Shown in pieces: positions 44,411-54,465 of a stretch of DNA of 63,801 nt (the first letter of the stretch is position 1; each line of letters opens with the position of its first letter). The DNA is taken from NCBI RefSeq assembly GCF_000142905.1, contig NW_013657638.1, forward strand, positions 263,096-326,896, written 5' to 3'. The notes under the pieces were generated by a model, which was not told where the DNA came from, did not search any database, and saw only the letters and a program-made list of their open reading frames with translations. The position numbers were made by a program, and so were the translations under genes. Source of the DNA: Thecamonas trahens ATCC 50062 (taxonomy: Eukaryota; Protista; Apusomonadida).

Positions 44411-44872
44411 ATGGGCTGGCAACCGGCAGTGTTTGATCCATGGCTCATTGTGGCACAGCTTGTGGCGCTCACGGCTGTCTTCTATGTTACAGCTGGAGTT
44501 GTGATGATGCTGTTACTCTGGTGTGTGGCAGCGCCGCCGACACTACATCTGCTGCTCTCGGCTGATGCCATGGACGTGCGTATCGTTCGTGGTTGGCTCG
44601 TCGTCCTCGCCTACCTCGCGGCTCCTGCGCTCTCTGCGCTCGCCATTCGATGGCTGGTGGGTCGGGCCAAGAAGTGTCTGGACTTTTGCGTCTCGCTCTA
44701 TCTCTTCCATTTGGCCTTTTGCTGGGCATCGGGCGGGTGGCCGGCGACGTGGGCGTGGTGGATCGTCAACGTGGCGTCGGCCGTCGGCATGGTCTTCCTC
44801 TCGGAGCATCTCTGCATGCAAGCCGAGCTCCGCGACATTCCGCGGATTGTTGCTGTCGAGCCGGAGCCTTGA
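44411..44872 (+). CDS. SYS1: SYS1 Golgi membrane protein
   Basis: FDPWLIVAQ, VGRAKKCLDF, WPATWAWW and EHLCMQAELRDIP. Confidence 0.92.
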   Translation: MGWQPAVFDPWLIVAQLVALTAVFYVTAGVVMMLLLWCVAAPPTLHLLLSADAMDVRIVRGWLVVLAYLAAPALSALAIRWLVGRAKKCLDFCVSLYLFHLAFCWASGGWPATWAWWIVNVASAVGMVFLSEHLCMQAELRDIPRIVAVEPEP

Positions 44873-45029
44873 TGGCGGCGACCAGAGAGTGCAACGGGCG
44901 TCGCCATGGACACAGCGCCCGGCTGCTCCAATGTGTGCAAGCTGTGGGCACGGCTGTGGATGTATCTGAACACACTGCTATGCTCATCGGTTCGACAATG
45001 TTCACTCTGCCGATCGGCGACGGTGGCTA

Positions 45030-45842
45030 CTACGCCTGATACTCATCCTTGAGGCGGTACTTGTTGCGGTTCTCGCCAGTCTCAATGCGGACGCACATCT
45101 CTTGCAGGGCACGTGTCAGCTGAGCACCCGGGACCGAAATGACGCGCTCGATCTCTGCGCGCGAGAGCTGCTTGCGGCCGGCCGGCTGGCGCTCAAAGAG
45201 CGTGGAGAGGACGTTAAGCAGCTGGTCGTGCACCATGCCGACCTTCATCTCGGCCCGGGCCGGCTTGGGTGCGATCTCAGGCGCGCCTGGAAGCTGCGGC
45301 GCAGTAACCGACTCTTCAGCAAAGGTGCCCTTCAGATCCTCCTCGTTAACCGCCTCTGTGTGCGCGTCCTTCCGGGTAGCCTCGGCGAGGCGGGTCTTGA
45401 GCAGCTTCTCACGATACGCCCGGTCCGAGTTGGAGAGCGGAGTGAGAGTTGTCCGCGTTACGACCTTGCCGTCGAGGCGGAGCTTGCGCTTGCGCGGCTG
45501 ACCAGGCGCAACAGCCGCAAGCGTCTCCTCGCGGAAGACCTGGGCAGTGATGTTAGAGCGGCCCGGTCGGAGTCTAAAGGTCATGCCCGAAGTGTCGACG
45601 TGGAACTCGGACGTTCTCCGCCCAGCCTTGGGATCTGCCGGCATGACCGTCGCCGTACCCAGCGAGTCTCTGTTTGCCTTTGTCCTCCACTCGGCCAAAA
45701 TGGCTGTCGGCACCTTGACCAGCCACACCTCGTCGTCACCATGCTCGCTCTCCACCTCGATGCGCTCCACGGGGAACTCGGTCCGTGGCTCGGCCTTGCG
45801 CTTCCGCGCAAGCATCTTGAGCAAGTTCTCCTCTTCCGCCAT
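45030..45842 (-). CDS. GTF2F2: Transcription initiation factor TFIIF beta subunit
   Basis: VWLVKVP...W signature, LDGKV, and C-terminal winged helix ending NKYRLKDEY. Confidence 0.8.
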   Translation of the reverse strand: MAEEENLLKMLARKRKAEPRTEFPVERIEVESEHGDDEVWLVKVPTAILAEWRTKANRDSLGTATVMPADPKAGRRTSEFHVDTSGMTFRLRPGRSNITAQVFREETLAAVAPGQPRKRKLRLDGKVVTRTTLTPLSNSDRAYREKLLKTRLAEATRKDAHTEAVNEEDLKGTFAEESVTAPQLPGAPEIAPKPARAEMKVGMVHDQLLNVLSTLFERQPAGRKQLSRAEIERVISVPGAQLTRALQEMCVRIETGENRNKYRLKDEYQA

Positions 45843-46180
45843 CTTTGCCCAGTTCCTGTGTCAAGTGGTGCCGAGTGAGGTGTGTATGTATGTATGTATG
45901 TAAGTATGTAAGTATGTGTGTGTGTGCGTGAGTGTGTGCGTGTCTGTGTGGCGGCAGTGCGACTCGGTCACACCCGGCCGCACTGTCGCGGTGTGGTGGA
46001 GGGGAACGATGTTTATCATAGAGGGCAACGATTAATCGAGTCTGCGGGCATGTGCTGGGCGGCGTTATTGATCGATGTCCATCGACTACACTAATTAATC
46101 GATGTCCATCGATTACACTGCACTACGATTATTGTCCCAACAACTTTATCGTTTTCGCCCGCAGCCGCTGCCATACACCC

Positions 46181-46882
46181 ATGCTCACGTCTGTAGCCAT
46201 GGAGGTGGCCATGGAGGATAGCGGGAGAAGTGAAGCAGGAGAGTCAAGCCAGGACGTGCTTAATGGTTTGTCGGTGGCGTTTGACGCGCGTGCGGCACTC
46301 GCGGCTCCGCGGTCTGCGGTGACCATGCCGTTCCCTCGAGCGCTGGCGCGAGACAACATCGCTGCTTGCCGGAGGCTTGTCCCACCTGAGCTGATCAAGG
46401 CAAAGGCCAAGCGAGGCGAGAGCAAGAGATCGGGCAAAGGCCATCTGGCGACCGCATCGTGGACAGAAACCGTCATCAGAAGGTCCAAGAACGCTCGAGC
46501 AAATGCAGGTCGTCGCAGAGCCACGGCGGCCGAGCGTGAAGCTCGTGTGGCAGCTCTGCGCGCCCATCGGCCACCGATGGCTGATCTCATTGCCGGAACT
46601 CACCCGCCGGGCCCGCTCGACGCGCTCGTCGCTGCCTACGAGGCGGGCGCCTGCGTCCGGGTCGGCATTCGCGCGCTGAGCGCGATGCGCGGGACCTGGG
46701 TCGGCACCCTCGTTGCCTTTGACAAACATCTTAATCTGGTCCTTGCTCGCGCCACCGAGAGCTACCGTCTGTCTGCTGATGCGCCTGACACCGCTCTCCG
46801 CACTCGCTATCTCCCGCAAGTCTTTGTACGTGGCGCATCGGTCGTGTATGTCTCACTCGCACCGACCGAGCCGCGTACGTGA
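46181..46882 (+). CDS. LSM11: LSM11-like Sm-fold protein (U7 snRNP-specific)
   Basis: GPLDAL...VRVGIR....RG...GTLVAFDKHLNLVL...RYLPQVFVRGASVVYVS with an N-terminal extension. Confidence 0.75.
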   Translation: MLTSVAMEVAMEDSGRSEAGESSQDVLNGLSVAFDARAALAAPRSAVTMPFPRALARDNIAACRRLVPPELIKAKAKRGESKRSGKGHLATASWTETVIRRSKNARANAGRRRATAAEREARVAALRAHRPPMADLIAGTHPPGPLDALVAAYEAGACVRVGIRALSAMRGTWVGTLVAFDKHLNLVLARATESYRLSADAPDTALRTRYLPQVFVRGASVVYVSLAPTEPRT

Positions 46883-46965
46883 TGCGCTCGTGTTGCGACG
46901 TGCGTGCTCACGCGCGGCGCTCACGCCCATGTCTCTCTGTGTGTGCGAGCGCTCATTCTCTTTCA

Positions 46966-48465
46966 CTAGCTCGAGTCAGACGTCGCCACAACCTTGGTCT
47001 TGTCAAATACAGCAGCATACTCGGAGAGCTGCGGTCGGCTCGAGTCGGACGAGGCGGTCGCATAGCCGGCGCCAGTCTCGCTCGTTTCCGAGCCGCGGCC
47101 GGAGCGCTTGCGCCGGCGACGGACCTTGGTGCGGACCTTGCGGCGGCGGCGCTTGCGGCGCTTGCTCGAGCCGGATTCGTCGGTCGTCGACGGCTTGGGC
47201 ACCGTCTGGCGCTCGACGGCAAAGATGATGTCGTCGTTCGAGTTGAAAAAGGCGACAACCTCGGCGCCCGGCTTGCGGTCGACAGGCTCATAACCGACAG
47301 CCGTCTCGTACTTGAGGCCGAGCCGCCCGATCTTCTCCAGCACGTGTCGGGCTTTCTCACTCGTCATGACCTCACCGGTTGTCACGTCTGCGCCGGCCTT
47401 GATCAGCACCTTGCGCGTTGTCCGCGACAGCGGGATCTCATTGATCGGATCCGACCCGTCGTCGGGCATGGCCTTGGTAATCGCCAGAAAGTAGTCGAGT
47501 GCGCCCTTGATCTTGGGCGAGCAAAACATAGAGACGGCCTCGTCGACGGTCAGCAGTGCGTCGTCGTCGCCGATGGCGTCTGTGAACAGCTTCAGAAGCG
47601 CCTTGGTGATGTTCTCCTTCCGCGTCTCGCTTAGGTTCAGCTCCAGATCGCTCCGCGCAAACGGCATGCCCGGCAGCGCCAGCCGCAGTCGCTCCAGCGT
47701 CCGCACCACCGAAAACGCAAAGAGTAGAAGGTGCCGGAACTCAAAGTTGGTCACGTCGGGCTCGAAAAATTTGAGCGCCTTCTCTACCTTGCGTCGCCGA
47801 CCCTTGATCGCCACCAGCGCCACATACACCGAGAACTCCTTGTACACCAGCCGGTCGTTGACGTCGGCAAACGCATCAAACGTGATGTCGAGCATGTGCT
47901 CCAGCGGTACGTGCCCGTCGCGTCCAAGCGACGACTCGGTCCCCTCACTTGACGACGACCACACCCCAGACGCCGTCATCGAGCTGCTCGACGCCTCCTC
48001 TTCCTCCTCGTCCAAGCCCGAGTCCGAGTCCGAGCCCGAGTCTGACGACTCGATCGGACCGGATGAGATGCTCGAGTTGAAGACTGTGACTCGATGCTTG
48101 TTCTTGCCCTTGCCCTTGCCCTTGCCCTTGCCCTTGCCCTTGCTCTTACCCTTGCCCTTCTTCGGTGGCCCCGAGCTCTCCGATCCGCTTGATGTAATGC
48201 GCGGATGGGCCTTGGCCCACTTTGCTGCCCGCTTCTCGGCCGCCTTGCGAACCTTCTTTGGCCTCCGATCCGAAATGCCGACCTTGTCGAGCGCTACCTT
48301 GTTCCACGAGCGCCGCGAGACGACGCCAGCAGAGCGACGTGCAGCAGGACGGAGGAACTTCTTGAGCAAAATCAATTGGCTCCGAGTGAACAAGCCATCC
48401 TTGCCCAGCGCTTTGAGCTTCCTCTTGCTTTGTGGCTCCCAGAGTCCTGACACAGTTGTGCCCAT
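46966..48465 (-). CDS. Myristoylated NCS/calcineurin-B-like protein with degenerate EF hands and low-complexity insert
   Basis: MGTTVS; FTRSQLILL; FDAFADVNDRLVYKEF...KVEKALKFFE; LFTDAIGDDDALLTVDEA. Confidence 0.55.
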   Translation of the reverse strand: MGTTVSGLWEPQSKRKLKALGKDGLFTRSQLILLKKFLRPAARRSAGVVSRRSWNKVALDKVGISDRRPKKVRKAAEKRAAKWAKAHPRITSSGSESSGPPKKGKGKSKGKGKGKGKGKGKNKHRVTVFNSSISSGPIESSDSGSDSDSGLDEEEEEASSSSMTASGVWSSSSEGTESSLGRDGHVPLEHMLDITFDAFADVNDRLVYKEFSVYVALVAIKGRRRKVEKALKFFEPDVTNFEFRHLLLFAFSVVRTLERLRLALPGMPFARSDLELNLSETRKENITKALLKLFTDAIGDDDALLTVDEAVSMFCSPKIKGALDYFLAITKAMPDDGSDPINEIPLSRTTRKVLIKAGADVTTGEVMTSEKARHVLEKIGRLGLKYETAVGYEPVDRKPGAEVVAFFNSNDDIIFAVERQTVPKPSTTDESGSSKRRKRRRRKVRTKVRRRRKRSGRGSETSETGAGYATASSDSSRPQLSEYAAVFDKTKVVATSDSS

Positions 48466-49236
48466 TGTCGGTCAAAGATGCGGCCGTCGCGCGTGTGTGT
48501 CTCGCCGTGTCGAGGTCGCACGGGCCGGTGCAGCAGAAGTACCGTTGTCAAATTGACCAAGAAATCACCGCAGCTCCCGACTACGTGTTCTCTGTGCAAA
48601 GGAGCGTGTGTGTAGCGCCGGTGGCGTGATGTGGTGGTGTTGGTGCGTGTGCGTAAGTGGAGTCTGCCCCGCTGTGCAACGTCCAGTTGGCCTTGACCGA
48701 CGGGCTGCGGCTGAGCGCGCCCGAATGTCCCCGCGAATGAAGCGACGACCGTTGAGGAGTGAATTTGGGTGGAAACGGAGATACAATTTTTAGTTAATAG
48801 TACACTCTGTGACACCACTGCTTTCCTTCCGATCTCTCCTACCTCTCCATCCATCACAACAACCTTTCATACCTTCATTCACCCCCCAACCAGCTAACGC
48901 TACTCCGCACGCCATCCTGAGTCAACCTCTAGCATCTCCTCGCCTTTGTCCATCCATCTTGACAGACAGAGCTAGTCCCGCCAAAAAAACTTTATTCACC
49001 CACCCACCCACCCCCCACCCGCCCCATATTTTACGCGCCAAAACGCGGCCACTCCACCCGACCCACCGACCGACCGAACCACCCGACGACGACCACGTTG
49101 CCGACGACCACAAGCGGAAGACAACCCAACGGCAGCCAGCCACTCGTCCACCCCACCCCCACCCCACCCCCACCACCGCCGCCCTACCCATCATCCTCAT
49201 ACTCTTCTGTCTGGTTGACTGGCTCTGTGGCAAAGC

Positions 49237-50181
49237 ATGACTGTTGTCCACCAACGCGCGCTCCTGGAGCGGTACCATGCTCCGTCTCTGTCGACACCGT
49301 CGCTGACTAACTTGATCACCCTCATCCTCGCCATTGTCATCACGCTGCTGTTCTGTTGGAACACTTCAAACTTTTGGGTTTGGCGGCAGACATACTACGA
49401 GCAGCCAAAGGTGGCGTACACAAAGGCTGCTGTTCTCGAGCTCGCCGGCACGTCGTCGTCATCCTTTCTCCGCTATCGGTACTCGACCATTCCGGCGTAC
49501 AATGCACTGGTGCCGCAGGCTATGCGACTTGCTCCGCAATTGGCTGTTCGGGAGACCGACTCGAATGGTGATGGCTATCCGGATGCGTTTGATGTTCAGC
49601 TCAGCGCTCGGCTTCCTGCATCGGGTGCGTCGGCGACTCACTTTAACGCCGCGCTTGTCTTCTCGCTCTACCTTGACCAGCGGATCCGGCTCTCGTCGTC
49701 AGCGCTGATGGTGCTCTCGTTGCCGGTTCCTGCCGGAGCGTCCAAGATCACCACCGTGGGCGACTTGGTGCTGGATCCGATGCGCGAGCTGCCGATGGAC
49801 GGCGCGACGATGACGGGGTACGGCGCGTCGCCTATCGACGCGGGCGGGCTCCGCGGCGACGATGACCTCGCCTTTTCGTCGTTCACCTCGGCGTACTACG
49901 CGCGCAACGTGACGGCGTCGTATGTCCTCCGTGCGCCGCCGGTCTACGAGATCGGCTCCGGGCCGGGCGTCGAGCTCCACGCCACAGTCAACGTTCCCAT
50001 GGCCTCGCTCGAGTACAAGCCCGGCGTGTGGGAGTCGATCAAGTTTGCGCTTGTCCAGCTCGTCGCTATCGGATTCATCATTTTCCTCATCCGCGGCTGC
50101 GTCCTCGACTTTCTCTACACCCGCCACATTCTGGCCGCTCGCGTCGTCCGCGAGACAGCGCCGCACAAGCACTCGTTCTGA
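49237..50181 (+). CDS. TMEM231: TMEM231 ciliary transition-zone protein
   Basis: N-terminal TM, FWV...YYEQPKV, ETDSNGDG.PD, YKPGVWESIKFALVQ plus TM, terminal HSF. Confidence 0.9.
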   Translation: MTVVHQRALLERYHAPSLSTPSLTNLITLILAIVITLLFCWNTSNFWVWRQTYYEQPKVAYTKAAVLELAGTSSSSFLRYRYSTIPAYNALVPQAMRLAPQLAVRETDSNGDGYPDAFDVQLSARLPASGASATHFNAALVFSLYLDQRIRLSSSALMVLSLPVPAGASKITTVGDLVLDPMRELPMDGATMTGYGASPIDAGGLRGDDDLAFSSFTSAYYARNVTASYVLRAPPVYEIGSGPGVELHATVNVPMASLEYKPGVWESIKFALVQLVAIGFIIFLIRGCVLDFLYTRHILAARVVRETAPHKHSF

Positions 50182-50219
50182 GTACGGTAAAAGCACGACG
50201 CCGAGCCACCGAGCTCCGC

Positions 50220-52378
50220 CTACGACGCGCCTGTGCGCGAGCCAACAACAGGAGGAAGTATGAGGGTGCCCGCTCCGGTCCGGCTGGAGCTCCGACTGGA
50301 GGCGCCCGACGGTGCCCGTCGTGCAGCCGGCCCGGTCCCGGCCTTGCGCAGGAACATCCGCGGGCCACGCTTGGTGAGCGGCAACTGTTGCGCCGGCGCG
50401 CCCCACGGCCGGACGTCGCCGAGGACGGCTCGGCGGTACGCGCGGGCCTCATCGCTCGACGACGCGCCTTTGGAGCCTGTTCCGAGGTGGGTGTCAAAGA
50501 GCTGGGTCGGCTCGCTCGCCACGGTCTGGGTCGCCACCGTCACGGTCGGCCGGTGCTCGCCGGTGTAGTAGCCTGGTGACGGCGACGGCGTGGCCCAGCG
50601 GAAGATCGAGGCCGAGAGTCGGCCATCCGAGCCGCCGCGGGACGAGCCGCGCGATGCTGCCGATGCCCGGCCGCGCGACGCTGGGCCACTGCTTCCGGCT
50701 GAGCCGCGCGAGCCGCGAGCCGCTTCCGCTGACGCCCCGCGCGCCTGTCCGCTGCTCCCAGTCTTGCTTGCGGACGCCGACTGAGGCATGCCACCGACCA
50801 CCTGCAGCGCGTTAAGCTGTTTGAGTAGGTACTCGAGAACGTTCTCCCGTTCAGCCGAGGTGAGCGCGGTGAGCGACGGCGGGAGCGACACAGTGTCGCT
50901 GTCCGCACCGGCACCAGAGGGCGCGTCGTTGGTCGAGTCCTTGCCCCCGCCGCTCCGCAGGTTGGCGAGCGACGACTCGGACCGGCGGAGCTCGGCCGAC
51001 GCCGCCAGCTCCTTGGTCTCGCGCTCGAGCGCTAGCTGCTGCTTCACATCCTGGAGGCAGGCCAGGATAAAGCCTGCAGCCTCCTCAAGCATCGATAGAA
51101 ACGAGTCCTGCTCGCGCTGCAGCGCCTCGCGGTGCCTCCGCTCGGCAGCAAGGTTCTCCTCGGTTGCGTGCAGCTCGCTCTGGGCGGTGGCAAGCTGGCT
51201 CTGCAGCAGAATGACATGTTCTTGCAGAGCGACAATCTCCGACTCGACCTGGACGTCGACGTCGGCCTCGCGACGCATGCCGTTTTCCAGCTTGCGGATC
51301 TTGTCGGCAAGCCGCTTAATGACCTTGCGGGCGTTGGTCATCTTCTCGGCGAGCACTTTTTCCGACACAGTCAGCAGCTCTTTTTGCCGGCGCAGGTTGA
51401 GCAGCTCGACCATCATCTGCTCCTTCTCCAGGATGAGGTCCTTGTTGTTCACCGACATGTCTTCGATCATCTTGTTGAGGCGGATGTTCTCCACAATCGT
51501 CCGCTTGGTTGTCTCGGCCATGAGCGAATCAGAGAGACCCTTCATCTGTGCGGTCAGGTGCTTGACCTTGGCGTCGTACCGCGCCTCTAGATCCTTCTGG
51601 GCCTTGAGGTGCTGGTAGTCTTGCTCCTCGTACTTTTTCTGAAACGCCACCTTTTCGGTTGCCCGCTGCTGTTGCAGCGTCGCCAGCTCGTTCTCCAGGT
51701 GGTGCTGGACCTCGACAAACTTCATGGTGGCCTCGATCTTGCGCATCAGCTTTCGGATCTTCTCCTCGGCCTGCCGCATGTCCATCGCCGCCTGATGCTC
51801 GAGCTCTTCGACCTTGAGCTCCAGCTCAGCCACTCGCTGTGCCTTTTCTTCTTTCAGCTGCTCTGCACGGGCAGTCTGAAACTGGATGTGAGAGTCCTTT
51901 TCCTCGTGCAGGATCTTCCACGCCGCCCGATTGGCAGCCGCCGTCTTTTCGATCTCCTCGTTGATTCTCTTCAGCTCTTCGTTCTCATCCTTCAGCGATC
52001 CGACCTCCACCGCAGCTGACTCCAACCTTGTCTCCAAGTCCTTGATTTTCATGGCCCACATGGCCTTCTCCGCCGGGCTCACCATGAACTTGTCCGCATC
52101 GCCCACACCGACCTTGCGCCCCGTTCCTCTGCACGCCCTCATCCGTTCCAGCCATCGATATAGGTCAGTGGACACGCTCACCCACAACCACAAGGTGCAC
52201 TCCCTGCCCCATCCATGTCATCCTCCTCGTCCTTGTCCTCTCTGGGCTCGGCGAGCACAACGTACCGTCCGGCTGCCTTTGCCGCCACCGTTGTTGCACC
52301 CGCACCACCAAGACGACTACCACCGGCATGGTCTCCGTTGTCTTCGGTCTTGGGAGCTGTGTCCATGGGTTTGGACAT
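50220..52378 (-). CDS. CFAP157: CFAP157-like ciliary coiled-coil protein; exons 52266-52378 and 50220-52128
   Basis: MAETTKRTIVENIRL...RQKELL...KVLAEK....KVIKRL resembles CFAP157. Intron GTACGT...ACTGAC...GCAG at 52129-52265 is in frame. Confidence 0.72.
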
Positions 52379-52730
52379 GGATGAAGGTGTATATAAAGGT
52401 GTGCGTGTGTGTGTGTGTAGGGTGGGGGGGGGTGCGGGGGTATTGGAGTGGGGTGGGGTGGGTTGTGTGTTTGGTGTACCAGCACACAGGAGGCGGGCGA
52501 GTCAAGGTGGCCGCCGGGTGTGATGGCAGAGGCACTGAGAGTGGTGATGATTGCTTGTGTGAATGTATGTGGTCTGGTGGGCGTGGAAAGAGGAGGAGGT
52601 GGAAGCGTTGGAAGTCATGGGTGATGGCGATACGGGCTGGTGGACAACATCGATGCGGAGGCAGGCGCAAACTACCGAGGTCGAGCCGTGCGAGGCAGAT
52701 CGGCCGTCGTGTGAGCAACTGCGCTCGCTG

Positions 52731-53921
52731 TTAACGGTTAAAGTCATCGTGACAAAGCTGCGAGATGACCCGGATGGGGATGGTGGTGGAGAGAGACATC
52801 CGCGAGATCGACGAGTACACGGCTTTGACTGAGATCGAGGAACAGATGGTGATCGGGTCGGTACTGGCGTCGACTCCGGCGTACTTGCCAACCGGCTTGT
52901 CGATGCCAAACGAGAACGGGACCTCGATGACGGACCTCTGCTTCATGGCACGGCGTGAGGCAGCAGCGGCGGCTACAGCAGCTTCCCGCTCGGCCTCGAG
53001 CGCCCGCAGCTCGGCAGCGGAGCGTCGCCGTCGAGTCTTGCCTGCGGTGGCACGCGGCGACCAGTAGCCAGCATCAGCGGCCTTGGCCGAGTCCGCAACT
53101 TTGTGATCATGGGTCTCGTTGATGCTGTCGGCGTTGACGGTGGTGCCACCGAGGACAAAGGTAGCCTGCGTCGAGCCCCTCGCTCTATATCGGTGCTCGA
53201 CGTGGACAACAAACTTGGTGACGTCCATCTCGGACGGGGTCTTTGTCTCGTCACCAAACCGCTCGAAGCGGAGCTTGCCTGAGACGACACCACCACGCGG
53301 AACGACGTTTGAATCTATCTCGACCGTCATCTCGTCGGTGTCATGGTGAAAGAAGAAGGTCTTTTGGGCGACCTCCTTGATCGGCCTAGCCTGCTCGATG
53401 TGCTGAACACGGGCCTGGAGCGAGGGCCAGACGATGAGTGGCGCCTCAAACTTGGGCGTCCGGAGAAAGTCAAGGACCGACTCTGCGGTAGGCGTGGCGA
53501 CAATGGCGTAGCTTATTTTCGCCCTTCGCGATTCTCCGAAGCTGGCCCACTTCATCGACGGCGGGAGCGAGTTTGGCAGCCTGACAGCAAATGGAATGGA
53601 CCTGGTCATCGTCTGCTTTCCGCTGCGAGTATCCACAAAGTCTTCGGTCTTGACCAAAGCATCAACCAAGTCTGATGAGATGGATCGAGTCACGGTCGAC
53701 CTCGTCTTGCCATGATTGCTGGTCTCCTTCCACGTGTAGTTTGACTCGCCTTTCAATCGGATGGACGGACTCGCAGCTTTGACGTTGGCCTCTGGCCCCG
53801 ACAGCAGCACCCTCCCCTCAACCACTTGTCCAGCTCGCAGAGGAAAGCCCATTGTTGTACGTCCAGCTTTGGCACCCACCTGCACAGACACACGTACAGA
53901 CCGTGAGAGACTTACGCCCAT
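52731..53921 (-). CDS. Arrestin-fold (alpha-arrestin-like) protein
   Basis: AGQVVEGRV, IRLKGE, IPFAVRLPNSLPPS, AKISYAIVA and terminal TIPIRV. Confidence 0.78.
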   Translation of the reverse strand: MGVSLSRSVRVSVQVGAKAGRTTMGFPLRAGQVVEGRVLLSGPEANVKAASPSIRLKGESNYTWKETSNHGKTRSTVTRSISSDLVDALVKTEDFVDTRSGKQTMTRSIPFAVRLPNSLPPSMKWASFGESRRAKISYAIVATPTAESVLDFLRTPKFEAPLIVWPSLQARVQHIEQARPIKEVAQKTFFFHHDTDEMTVEIDSNVVPRGGVVSGKLRFERFGDETKTPSEMDVTKFVVHVEHRYRARGSTQATFVLGGTTVNADSINETHDHKVADSAKAADAGYWSPRATAGKTRRRRSAAELRALEAEREAAVAAAAASRRAMKQRSVIEVPFSFGIDKPVGKYAGVDASTDPITICSSISVKAVYSSISRMSLSTTIPIRVISQLCHDDFNR

Positions 53922-54465
53922 GGTGGGTAGTGTACTGGTGGCGATGAGGGGGGGAGAGGTGTGCGGGTGTGCAGTAGTCCTGACTGTCCTGACTGCACAT
54001 GCCAGGCCAGGGGCAGTGCCCGCGTTCATGTTCGGTGACACATCAAGCCCGATACTACCTTGCTGCGACAATGTAGTACCGGGCAGAAATCAGACTACCT
54101 TTGTCTGCCCATCTGATCTGATGGCGGATGACAGACCATGCACATGGCTCCGCCGAGTTGGGCCGTCTTTGCTCTCTGCTCGTCTTATCCATGTCCAGCT
54201 CACGATTAACCCCGATACTATCCACCCACCCCTTCATCCAGCCCCCATCTGCCTATCCAACTAGACTGATGGCAGTCCAGCGCTCTCCATACACCACGCC
54301 AGACCATGCATATGGCTCCGCTGGGTTGGGCGAATCCACAGGTCGCCAACCGCCGAGTGCAATGGAACGGAAGGCCAAGCTTCGAGCGGGGGGGGGGGGC
54401 AGCGACACAGTTGTGGCCGTGGACGAGCGACACACGTCTTGTAGCAAGACCAGGGCTCGACAATC

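Noticed and set aside
48760-48800. Sm-site-like AATTTTTAG/AATTTGGG suggesting an snRNA such as U7
   Set aside because: No convincing flanking stem-loop; it looks like an AT-rich promoter patch.
49237-52378. Ciliary gene cluster (TMEM231 next to CFAP157)
   Set aside because: Ciliary genes are numerous in flagellates, so adjacency of two is expected by chance.
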